Below are positions 55,972-64,000 of a DNA stretch of 64,000 nt, piece after piece. This DNA is from Sedimentisphaerales bacterium. GTDB lineage: Bacteria; Planctomycetota; Phycisphaerae; Sedimentisphaerales; Anaerobacaceae. Each line of letters begins with the position of its first letter. Positions within the stretch are counted from its first letter, which is position 1. Both the position numbers and the translations under genes were made by a program. The notes under the pieces are model-generated. The model was not told where the DNA came from and searched no databases. It saw nothing but the letters and a program-made list of their open reading frames with translations. The DNA is taken from assembly GCA_040772485.1 (NCBI GenBank), contig JAXGYC010000009.1:256001-320000 (forward strand). Direction: 5' to 3'.

Positions 55972-57408
55972 CTACCCGAGATAGACCCGGTCCCCCGGCT
56001 GGATGGCCGGGATCTGGTCCAGCCTGGCCTCGAGGTCCTCGGGTTCGAGCGCGAAAGACGGGGCGATCTCCAGCAGACAGTCGGGGGAGCCGCCCGGCTT
56101 TCGCGGCACGGCCACGCCCGCCGATTCGAGCCACCTGGCGGCCCGCTCCACCATCATCACCCGCGTCGATTCGGCGCTGTCGACGCCCGTGGCGTTCTTG
56201 GTGGGGGCAAACTGCTCGGCGCGGTCGATATCGAGGATGATCGACCGATTCGCGATGGGCAGCGCGTCGAAGATGAACGATTCGAGCTTGATGCCGTTGG
56301 GCTGGGCCGGTTCGACCGGATTGCCCTGCGAATCGATGTGGGGGATCTTCTTCACCGCCCGGTGCAGTGGCAGCGAGAAGCCCTCGGTGTTCAGCTTCTC
56401 GATGAAATCGGTGCTGATGATGTGAATCGCGATGCTGCCGAGACGGAATACCAAAGACCCGTCCGGGTTTCGTCTCTCGGCCAGACTGTCGTCCAGATCG
56501 CTGTACTCGATGACGGTGACCTTGCCGTCGACGAGGCAGAAGTTGCCGACCTTCTCCTTGGGATCATTCTTAATCACTGCTTTGGACGACATTTGCGCGC
56601 CGTCGATGGCGTGCAGGCCGACAAAAAGCGGGTCGAAGAGCTTCACCAGCGGGTTGTCGACCTGCCAGTAGCTGAGGTACTCGACGCCGCGTTTCTTCAT
56701 GTCCGCCAGGGCGCCGCTGCGGGCCAGGGCCCGGATGCTGCCGCCGTGGCCGTCGGGCGAGCGGGCGATGGAGGCCTTGTCGGCCATCAGAATCCTGCCG
56801 TCGAACCCGAAATTGGGCAGCGTTCCCTGCTGAAAGATCAAAACACTGTCTCGGTCCAGGCCGTAGAAATGATTGGATTCGAAGATTTGCACCGTCGCCT
56901 CGTGGTTCATCGGGCTGGTCATGATGTACCAGGGGCAGACGGTGCGGTAGCGGCGGGAAACCGCCTCGATGGTTTCGGCGAATACCTGGAAGAGCGTCTT
57001 GTTCCTGACCGGGCTGATAGGGTAGTTGCCCTTGGGGCCGTCGAAACCCAGCCGCGTTCCCTGGCCTCCGGCGACCACGAACGCGGCCACCTTTCCTGCC
57101 GCGATCAGCTCTTTGCCAAGTTTCACGGCGTCGGCGTACTTGCGGCGTTCGGCATCGGTCCTGGGCACGATTCCGTAGGAAGGGGCCGGCTGGAATTCCT
57201 CGTGCCGGACTGGGGTTTGCGGGGCGTGCCGGACCAGGGTTTCGACCCAAGTGGGGATCTTGTCCAGGTCCAGTTCCCGGATCTGTTCGGCCAGCCCGGC
57301 CAGCTCGCCAGGACCCAGTTGATCCCAGAAGCTCAGGAGATGGTCCTGGCCGCACGCGGAAAGCTGTCGCCTGATAACATCGATTTTCGCGCTCTGATTG
57401 CCCTGCAT
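55972..57408 (-). CDS. UDPGP type 1 family nucleotidyltransferase (eukaryote-like UDP-GlcNAc pyrophosphorylase)
   Basis: AGGQGTRLGFDGPKG, PWYIMTS, SPDGHGG, QVDNPL, EYSD, KLESFIFD, FAPTKN. Confidence 0.9.
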   Translation of the reverse strand: MQGNQSAKIDVIRRQLSACGQDHLLSFWDQLGPGELAGLAEQIRELDLDKIPTWVETLVRHAPQTPVRHEEFQPAPSYGIVPRTDAERRKYADAVKLGKELIAAGKVAAFVVAGGQGTRLGFDGPKGNYPISPVRNKTLFQVFAETIEAVSRRYRTVCPWYIMTSPMNHEATVQIFESNHFYGLDRDSVLIFQQGTLPNFGFDGRILMADKASIARSPDGHGGSIRALARSGALADMKKRGVEYLSYWQVDNPLVKLFDPLFVGLHAIDGAQMSSKAVIKNDPKEKVGNFCLVDGKVTVIEYSDLDDSLAERRNPDGSLVFRLGSIAIHIISTDFIEKLNTEGFSLPLHRAVKKIPHIDSQGNPVEPAQPNGIKLESFIFDALPIANRSIILDIDRAEQFAPTKNATGVDSAESTRVMMVERAARWLESAGVAVPRKPGGSPDCLLEIAPSFALEPEDLEARLDQIPAIQPGDRVYLG

Positions 57409-57495
57409 GGTTGACTCCAAAACCAGGAAAACGGGTGAATCTTAAGGGATGTCCAAAAAAATTCAAGGCAGGGGCCGAAAATTACGAAAAAGACA

Positions 57496-57524
57496 TTGAC
57501 GGACCTCTTTGTGTCTGTTAGATT
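57496..57524 (+). promoter_or_regulatory. Strong sigma-70-like promoter of the prepilin cluster
   Basis: AT-rich upstream tract, then TTGACG-17-TAGATT with an extended -10 TG. Confidence 0.6.
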
Positions 57525-57878
57525 GCAGGTGTAGACAGGTAGGCTTGTCTAAGGCCGTATTTCATATTGCAGACTGTCATCATATTCTTGTCAGCATCTT
57601 CATATCAAAGCCTGCCTGCTGCGGAACGTTGGGAAACGAACGAGTTTTCCTACTGTGAGGAGTGCTGGGCCCTTGTGCCCACGGGTTCATGTTCCGATAA
57701 AACAGGCGTTTGAAACCGGCCGGCCGTCTCTTTCAGTCAAAGACGTATGTGCTCAGGAGATTCGCGGCGCGCGTATTTGCCGGTCGGGTGGCAAAAGGAT
57801 TCATCGGTACTATCGCCAAAGTGGTTTGTTGAAGAGCGGTCGGTCTGCGAATCTCGTAAGCAACGAAAGGAGAACACT

Positions 57879-58784
57879 ATGAGAAGAAAAGGTTTTACCC
57901 TGGTCGAGCTGCTGGTCGTTATCGCGATCATCGCTCTGCTGATGGGCATTCTGATGCCGGCGCTGGCTCGCGTTCGCCAGTTGGCCTTCAGAATGACCTG
58001 CGGCACCAACCTGGCGGGTATCGGCAAGGCCATGCTGATCTACGCCAACGACTACGAGGATGAGCTGCCCCGAGCCGGCGGCCGGCTCTCCCAGTGGAAC
58101 GGCCCGGTCATTTGGGCGGCCGCCGATCGCTACAGCGCCTATGGCGTCAGCCAGTCGGACGGCAGCGGCGGCAAGGCCACGATCACGTCGTGCTTCTATC
58201 TGCTGGTCAAGTACGCCGAAGTGACTCCGAAGTCGTTCGTCTGCAAGGGCGACACCGGGACCACCGAGTGGCAACTGTCCGATGAGACGAACGTCACGAC
58301 CGGCTTCGAGATGATCGATGCCTGGGACTTCGGCCAGAACCCCGTGGACAATTGCAGCTATTCGTATCACATTCCGTTCGGCCAGTACGCTCTGACCACG
58401 TCGAGCGAGCCCGGCCTGGCGGTGGCCTCCGAAAGGAACCCGTGGATCAAGAGCCCGGCGGCCGAGGTCGGCGACTTCACGCTGTTCAATCCCGACGTCA
58501 CTCCGTACAACGGGACCACCGAGACGGCACTGAAGGGCAACGCGATCTCGCACCAGGGCGACGGCCAGAACGTGCTGTTCCTGGACAGCCACGTCGAGTT
58601 CGCCAAACGGGCGTTCTGCTCGCTCGAAGATGACAACATCTTCACAAGGTCGGCGAACAACGTCAAGGGCGATGCCAAGGGCACGCTGCCGGCCTACTCG
58701 ACCACCTTCGCTCCGATGAACCGCAAGGACAGCGTCCTGGTTCATGACCCGGACAAGTTCGCCACGACGACCCGAGGCAGTTAG
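57879..58784 (+). CDS. Type IV prepilin-like / type II secretion pseudopilin-type protein, copy 1
   Basis: AAAGGAG RBS. RKG/FTLVELLVVIAIIALL prepilin cleavage/methylation site. C-terminal HQGDGQNVLFLDSHV. Confidence 0.9.
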   Translation: MRRKGFTLVELLVVIAIIALLMGILMPALARVRQLAFRMTCGTNLAGIGKAMLIYANDYEDELPRAGGRLSQWNGPVIWAAADRYSAYGVSQSDGSGGKATITSCFYLLVKYAEVTPKSFVCKGDTGTTEWQLSDETNVTTGFEMIDAWDFGQNPVDNCSYSYHIPFGQYALTTSSEPGLAVASERNPWIKSPAAEVGDFTLFNPDVTPYNGTTETALKGNAISHQGDGQNVLFLDSHVEFAKRAFCSLEDDNIFTRSANNVKGDAKGTLPAYSTTFAPMNRKDSVLVHDPDKFATTTRGS

Positions 58785-58822
58785 TCCGGGGTCTGCATGT
58801 GAGTTCGTAGTCTGAATTCGAT

Positions 58823-58858
58823 GGCGGCCCCGGGTTCTTCGGGGCCGCCTTCTTTCTT
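58823..58858 (+). terminator. Rho-independent terminator
   Basis: GGCGGCCCCG-7nt-CGGGGCCGCC followed by TTCTTTCTT. Confidence 0.8.
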
Positions 58859-59522
58859 GCGGCAGGCTCTTTGACAATGTGTCCGGATATCAAACTGAGC
58901 AGTGGCAGTGCTGGAAAGCTGCTGTGAGGAACCTGGATCGCGGGATCGCGCGGTTTGCGCGACGGGCTCGACAGACATATCATCATATCCTTAGTCATCA
59001 TCTATTCCGTATCACTCTGGATTTCATCCCGTCATTCCATTTCTGTCGCGACAGAGGACTCACCTGGCCGGACGGTTCTGCCCTCGCTGATGTTGCGCTG
59101 CGCGAACCGGGAAACCCCAGGGTCTGACTGTGCTTTCCGGTGCGGGACTTGATTCCGGCATCCTGGCCATCATTCCATTCACCTCGTCCTGCACCCGGTG
59201 CTCTTCGGCCCATCCAGGGTTCATTTGTCTTCCTTATCGGGTGCATTGTGCGCCCAAGGTCCGTTGCGCGCATCCTCCTCACTATGTCAATCTTCTGCGT
59301 ATAGTGGCTCTCTCTTGGACTCGGCCATCGGCCGTACACCCTGAACTCGGAAGATTGGCGGGCAAGAATTCCCCGAGTCCGGCAGCACAGGGCTTCTCGT
59401 GCGCCCTTGCTGCCCGTGCCGGCCCGTGCGCCGGCGTTCCAACCGCATTTATCCATGAAGATACAGCGACTTGCTGCAAACGGCCGGCCCGCCGATCGGA
59501 CGTCTCGGAAAGGAGAACGAAC

Positions 59523-60431
59523 ATGAAGCGCAAAGGTTTCACCCTGGTTGAGCTGTTGGTCGTGATTGCGATCATCGCTCTGTTGATGGGCATTCTGATG
59601 CCCGCACTGGCAAGGGTCCGGCAGTTGGCCTTCCGGCTGACCTGCGGGACGAACCTGGCGGGGATCGGCAAGGCCATGCTGATCTATGCCAACGATTATG
59701 AGGACGAGCTGCCCCGGGCCGGCGGCCGGCTCTCCCAGTGGAACGGCCCGGTCGTCTGGAACGCTGCCGATCGCTACAACGCCTATGGCGTCCAGCAGTC
59801 GGACGGCAGCGGCGGCAAGGCCACGATCACGTCGTGCTTCTATCTGCTGGTCAAGTACGCCGAAGTGACCCCGAAGTCGTTCGTCTGCAAGGGCGACACC
59901 GGGACCACCGAGTGGCAACTGTCCGATGAGACGAACGTCACGACCGGCTTCGAGATGATCGATGCCTGGGACTTCGGCGCGACGCCCTGGGACAATTGCA
60001 GCTATTCGTACCATCTGCCGTTCGGGCAGTACGCTCTGACGACGTCGAGCGAGCCGGGATTGGCGGTGGCGGCCGACCGGAATCCGTGGATCAAGAGCCC
60101 GGCGGCCGAGGAAGGCGACTTCTCGCTGTTCAATCCCGATGTCACTCCGTACAACGGAAGCACCGAGACGGCGCTGAAGGGCAACGCGATCTCGCACCAG
60201 GGCGACGGCCAGAACGTGCTGTTCCTCGACAGTCACGTCGAGTTCGCCAAACGCGCGTTCTGCTCGCTCGAAGACGACAACATCTACACGAAGTCGGCGA
60301 ACAACGTCAAGGGCGATGCCAAGGGCGTGATACCGGTCTATTCGGCCACGTATACGCCGATGAATCGCAAGGACAGCCTGCTGGTTCACGATCCGGACAA
60401 GATGACGCCGGGAAGGTTGCCCAAGCCATAG
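59523..60431 (+). CDS. Prepilin-type protein, copy 2
   Basis: AAAGGAG RBS and the same motifs. Near-identical to copy 1 over the central region. Confidence 0.9.
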   Translation: MKRKGFTLVELLVVIAIIALLMGILMPALARVRQLAFRLTCGTNLAGIGKAMLIYANDYEDELPRAGGRLSQWNGPVVWNAADRYNAYGVQQSDGSGGKATITSCFYLLVKYAEVTPKSFVCKGDTGTTEWQLSDETNVTTGFEMIDAWDFGATPWDNCSYSYHLPFGQYALTTSSEPGLAVAADRNPWIKSPAAEEGDFSLFNPDVTPYNGSTETALKGNAISHQGDGQNVLFLDSHVEFAKRAFCSLEDDNIYTKSANNVKGDAKGVIPVYSATYTPMNRKDSLLVHDPDKMTPGRLPKP

Positions 60432-60985
60432 GGTCTCACAGCGCTTTCGCGTGAGGGTATACCTTTTCTTCTGAGGGCGACCTCGTGCAGTTGTGGCACG
60501 GGGTCGCCTTCGACCTCGCAACGTGCTCTTTGAGAACGCATCCGAATGCGCCGACGACGGCGACGCCTGAGGATCGTCGTGAAGGTCTCCTTCGCACGAT
60601 GGGCATATACGGCAGGGCGGGTGGACGAGGATATCCGGTGGCCATCATTCATTCCATATCCCCTCGAATCCCGCCGCACCGTTCTGCTGCGTGCGAGAGA
60701 GCTTCCCTTCGAGACCGGGTCGCGCTGTTGTCGGGCATCGAGAGTCGTTCCTTCCGATGGGACGGCTCCGGATCGGCGTAGAACGGTGAACCAGGGACCG
60801 ACCGCGTCAACCAACGGGATCGGCGGGTGCCCATGGTCCGCGTCCTGCGTCGACGGGCGTCTGCGCGCCCGCACAATCCTCGCACCGGCTGGATGGGCCG
60901 GCGCGAAGGCGGATTCATTCCTGTCGATAGGGTAGCCATAAGACGGTCTGACCCGCCGATCTCGACGAAGTGAAAGGGGACGAAA

Positions 60986-61876
60986 ATGAAGCGGAAAGGT
61001 TTCACCTTAGTCGAGCTGTTGGTCGTGATTGCGATCATCGCTCTGTTGATGGGCATTCTGATGCCTGCCTTGTCGAGGGTCCGGCAGTTGGCGTTCCGGC
61101 TGACCTGCGGGACGAACCTGGCCGGCGTCGGCAAGGCCATGATGATCTACGCCAACGACTACGACAACGAGTTGCCGCGTTCCGGCGGCAAGAACGGCGA
61201 GTGGGGGCCGCTGCCCAACTGGGCGGCCAGCGATCGGTATGGGGCCTACGGGATGGGCGGCACGGCGGTCGGCAAAGGGAGCATCACCTCGTGCTTCTAC
61301 CTGCTGGTGAAGTACGCCGAAGTGACTCCGAAGTCGTTCGTCTGCAAGGGCGACACCGGGACCACCGAGTTCACTCTGGCCGACGAGCAGAATGTCCCGG
61401 TCGGGTTCGAGTTGATCGACGCCTGGGATTTCGGAAAGACGCCGTGGGATCATTGCAGCTACTCCTACCACGATCCGTTCGGCAAGTATCACCTGACCAC
61501 GTCGAGCGAGCCCGGTCTGGCGGTCGCGGCCGACCGCAACCCGTGGATCAAGAGCCCGGCTGCCGAGCCCGGCGTGTTCACGGAGTTCGTGCCGGACATT
61601 CCGCCGTACAACGGCAGCTCCGACGCGGCGATCAAGGGAAACGCCATCGCCCACCAGGGCGACGGCCAGAACGTACTGTTCCTCGACAGCCACGTCGATT
61701 TCGCCAAGCGTGCGTTCTGCTCGCTCGAGGACGACAATATCTACACGATGTCGGACTCCACGGTCGGCAAAGGAGCCACGCGAGGCCTCCAGCCGACCAT
61801 CAGCGGACGGACGGGGATTGAGCCGGCCAACCGGAAGGATTCGCTTCTCCTGCACGATCCCGACAAGTGGCGCTGA
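60986..61876 (+). CDS. Prepilin-type protein, copy 3
   Basis: Same motifs, with more divergent variable loops. Confidence 0.9.
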   Translation: MKRKGFTLVELLVVIAIIALLMGILMPALSRVRQLAFRLTCGTNLAGVGKAMMIYANDYDNELPRSGGKNGEWGPLPNWAASDRYGAYGMGGTAVGKGSITSCFYLLVKYAEVTPKSFVCKGDTGTTEFTLADEQNVPVGFELIDAWDFGKTPWDHCSYSYHDPFGKYHLTTSSEPGLAVAADRNPWIKSPAAEPGVFTEFVPDIPPYNGSSDAAIKGNAIAHQGDGQNVLFLDSHVDFAKRAFCSLEDDNIYTMSDSTVGKGATRGLQPTISGRTGIEPANRKDSLLLHDPDKWR

Positions 61877-61919
61877 GAGAGACAGAAAGGGGCTTGAGGG
61901 CGCCGTCCCGGCGCGTCGA

Positions 61920-61955
61920 GGCGGCCCCGTGATGCGGAGCGCGGGGCCGCCCTTT
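61920..61955 (+). terminator. Hairpin/terminator with the same stem as after copy 1
   Basis: GGCGGCCCCG...CGGGGCCGCC followed by CTTT. Confidence 0.55.
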
Positions 61956-62019
61956 CCGGTGGTGGCGCCTGCCACGATCCGGTACAATTGGTGATCTCAG
62001 TCAGGTGAAGGGGACGGAA

Positions 62020-62928
62020 ATGAAGCGGCAGGGTTTCACGCTGATCGAGCTGCTCGTCGTCATCGCGGTGATCGCGCTGCTGCTGGCGTTGCTGATCCCG
62101 GCGTTGGGCGCCGCCCGCGAGCAGGCCCGAAGGGCCGTCTGCCTGAGCAACCTCCGCCAGCTCATGCTGGCTTGGCTGAGCTATGCCCACGAGCACGACG
62201 GCTGCCTCGTTGACGGCAGCGTCGCCCATGTCCACACGTATCGAGAGGCGGAAAGACGCGGCGCCGTGCGCGGCTGGTTGGGCCGGGCCTTCCTGGAGAC
62301 GAATCGTACCGCTTTGGCAGAGCATCCCGACAAGGGTTCCCTCTGGCCTTACATCAACGACGTGGACTTTTATCGCTGCCCCAATGGCATGGCGGGTCAT
62401 CTGGCCACTTACGGTATCGTCTCCGGCGCCAACGGCACGGAGATGGAGGGAACCGTCGTGGGCGACACTCGGGATTGGGGGACCCTGAACCACACGGGCA
62501 AGCGCGTCGGGAAGACGGTCCTGCACCTCTCGCGTCTGGAGGAGATTACCCATCCCGGCCCGGCCAAACGCGCGGTCTTCATCGACCTGGGGCAATCCAT
62601 CATATCCGATTTTCATGTGGATTACCTTTTTCCCTTGTGGCATACCGCCTACCCGCCGCCCCTTCGCCATGCGTCCGGGACGACGCTTTCCTTCGCCGAC
62701 GGCCACGCAGAGTGCTGGAAGTGGAAGGGCCGCGAGACCCTGGAGATCCCGCGCGAGCTGTTCCCTCGCGGCGAGCTTTTCATGGAAATCCTGGCCGAGG
62801 AAGCGCGAACAAGGGTGAACGACATTTCCGGGTACGAACCCCTGACCGAGGATGGCTTGCACGACTTGCAGCGACTCCAACGCGTCACCTGGGGCCGGGT
62901 GGGATACATAACAGCTCTGGATCGCTGA
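62020..62928 (+). CDS. Prepilin-type H-X9-DG-CTERM protein (different subfamily from copies 1-3)
   Basis: [46 protein letters not shown]. Confidence 0.9.
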   Translation: MKRQGFTLIELLVVIAVIALLLALLIPALGAAREQARRAVCLSNLRQLMLAWLSYAHEHDGCLVDGSVAHVHTYREAERRGAVRGWLGRAFLETNRTALAEHPDKGSLWPYINDVDFYRCPNGMAGHLATYGIVSGANGTEMEGTVVGDTRDWGTLNHTGKRVGKTVLHLSRLEEITHPGPAKRAVFIDLGQSIISDFHVDYLFPLWHTAYPPPLRHASGTTLSFADGHAECWKWKGRETLEIPRELFPRGELFMEILAEEARTRVNDISGYEPLTEDGLHDLQRLQRVTWGRVGYITALDR

Positions 62929-62951
62929 CCAGGACGAGAACAGCAACCTGT

Positions 62952-63998
62952 TCAGGAGGACACTCCTGGCGCAGGAACCGCTCGGGATCCACGAGCCGGA
63001 CGCAGGCCCCGATGGGCCGGGATGAAGTCCATGAGCTGGTAGTCGGTCTGGACCGACGCGATCGTTTCGCCTCGCTGCACGATCTCATCGAGGGCGATGG
63101 TCCCGAGCCGGCCGTGGGCGTTTCGCAGGTAGGCGACTCTCGTCGGGTCGATCCCCATGATTCGCGCCGCCGTGGCATCGACGGCAGGCAGATTCGTGCC
63201 CATCACGATCACTCCGGTCGGTTTCGGCGTGCCCATGATCGGGCCATCGCCCTCCATGCCGACGATGCCGTCGATGATGGCCAGGTGCGGCTGCACCGTC
63301 TGATTGATATCCAGAACGCACCCCTCGATCCCGGCCCAGTGCAGGACGTTCTTGGGCCACCCGTACACGATGCCGGGCATCATGCCGAACAGGTTCTTCA
63401 TCGACAGGGTCGCGCCGACCCAGTGATGCGTCTTCATCTTGGGCATCGAGACGATCCAGTCGACCTGGTCCACGGTGGCCGGCAGCGCGAGGGCGCGCAG
63501 GTTCGTTCGGCCGCCGGCGTTCGGTCGCACGATCAGATCGTCGTTGTTGAGATCGACGAACCGCAGCTTCTGTTCGACGAGCGATTCGGCCAGGCGGACC
63601 TCGTCGATGATCCGCATCGCGTCCGGGCAGTGGCCGGACCCTTCGCCGATGAGGATCTCGGCCGCTCCCAGCTTGCGGAACGCCTCGACCGCTGCGAAAA
63701 CGACCTCCGGCTGCGTGCAGATGTGAAGCGCGCCGCGGAAGGTTTCCACGAAGTTCGGCTTGAGCAGGATCCTCTTGCCGCGAACTTCGCCGGAGCCGAT
63801 GCCGAGTTGGCCCAATCCCGCCTCGATGATGGAGGCGAGGTCCACGCTATAGGAGGGGGCTTTGCCGATGAAGACCGCGGCCCTCCCGCGACGGTGGCGG
63901 AACTGATCGACGGCCAGCGCGCCGGCGACGCCGATGCCCGTGGCGGCCAGGGCATCGACGAGCAGCGCTCGCCTCGTGATCCTTCGCGACGACGGATT
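62952..63998 (-). CDS. DUF362 family (Fe-S) protein with Tat-like signal, 5' truncated by window edge
   Basis: Frame is open to the window edge (..RITRRALL..). LLKPN, T.PEV, PKMKTH, TLSMKNLFG, IIDGIVGMEGDGP, AVDAT. Confidence 0.88.
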   Translation of the reverse strand, partial: NPSSRRITRRALLVDALAATGIGVAGALAVDQFRHRRGRAAVFIGKAPSYSVDLASIIEAGLGQLGIGSGEVRGKRILLKPNFVETFRGALHICTQPEVVFAAVEAFRKLGAAEILIGEGSGHCPDAMRIIDEVRLAESLVEQKLRFVDLNNDDLIVRPNAGGRTNLRALALPATVDQVDWIVSMPKMKTHHWVGATLSMKNLFGMMPGIVYGWPKNVLHWAGIEGCVLDINQTVQPHLAIIDGIVGMEGDGPIMGTPKPTGVIVMGTNLPAVDATAARIMGIDPTRVAYLRNAHGRLGTIALDEIVQRGETIASVQTDYQLMDFIPAHRGLRPARGSRAVPAPGVSS

Positions 63999-64000
63999 GT

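Noticed and set aside
58871..58896. TTGACA upstream of pilin copy 2 as a sigma-70 promoter
   Set aside because: No -10 element at 16-18 nt spacing.
57879..61876. DGR or silent-cassette (pilS-like) interpretation of the pilin copies
   Set aside because: All copies have an RBS, start codon, prepilin leader and intact frame, and the differences are not A-biased.

Overview
High-GC bacterial chromosomal window. The gene content points to an anaerobic Planctomycetota (Phycisphaerae/Sedimentisphaerales-like; inference): GFTLxELLVVIAxI prepilin/H-X9-DG proteins, paralogous LamG-discoidin surface proteins, Tat-exported Gfo/Idh/MocA and sulfatase enzymes, and a UDPGP-type-1 pyrophosphorylase. About 45 CDS. 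Main blocks: (i) a prepilin-type fragment plus a LamG/discoidin surface protein; (ii) an ECF sigma / anti-sigma / GspG-tail operon; (iii) an Nqr/Rnf-like BCDEF cluster lacking NqrA/RnfC; (iv) a long carbohydrate-utilisation region (two GH5-like enzymes, another GH-A enzyme, GH2, GH130, a BNR propeller, sulfatase, xylB, a xylA-like gene, galM, pfkA, SSS and DAACS transporters); (v) two more LamG/discoidin paralogues; (vi) a tandem of three near-identical, mosaic prepilin-type genes with long leaders, plus a fourth divergent prepilin gene. Intergenic DNA is dense with GTAG-REP hairpins and with several unrelated families of palindromes whose arms are short-period (6-9 nt, mostly 7 nt) tandem repeats. 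No rRNA, tRNA, CRISPR, transposase or reverse transcriptase was recognised. All calls come from reading motifs by eye; no database searches were run.
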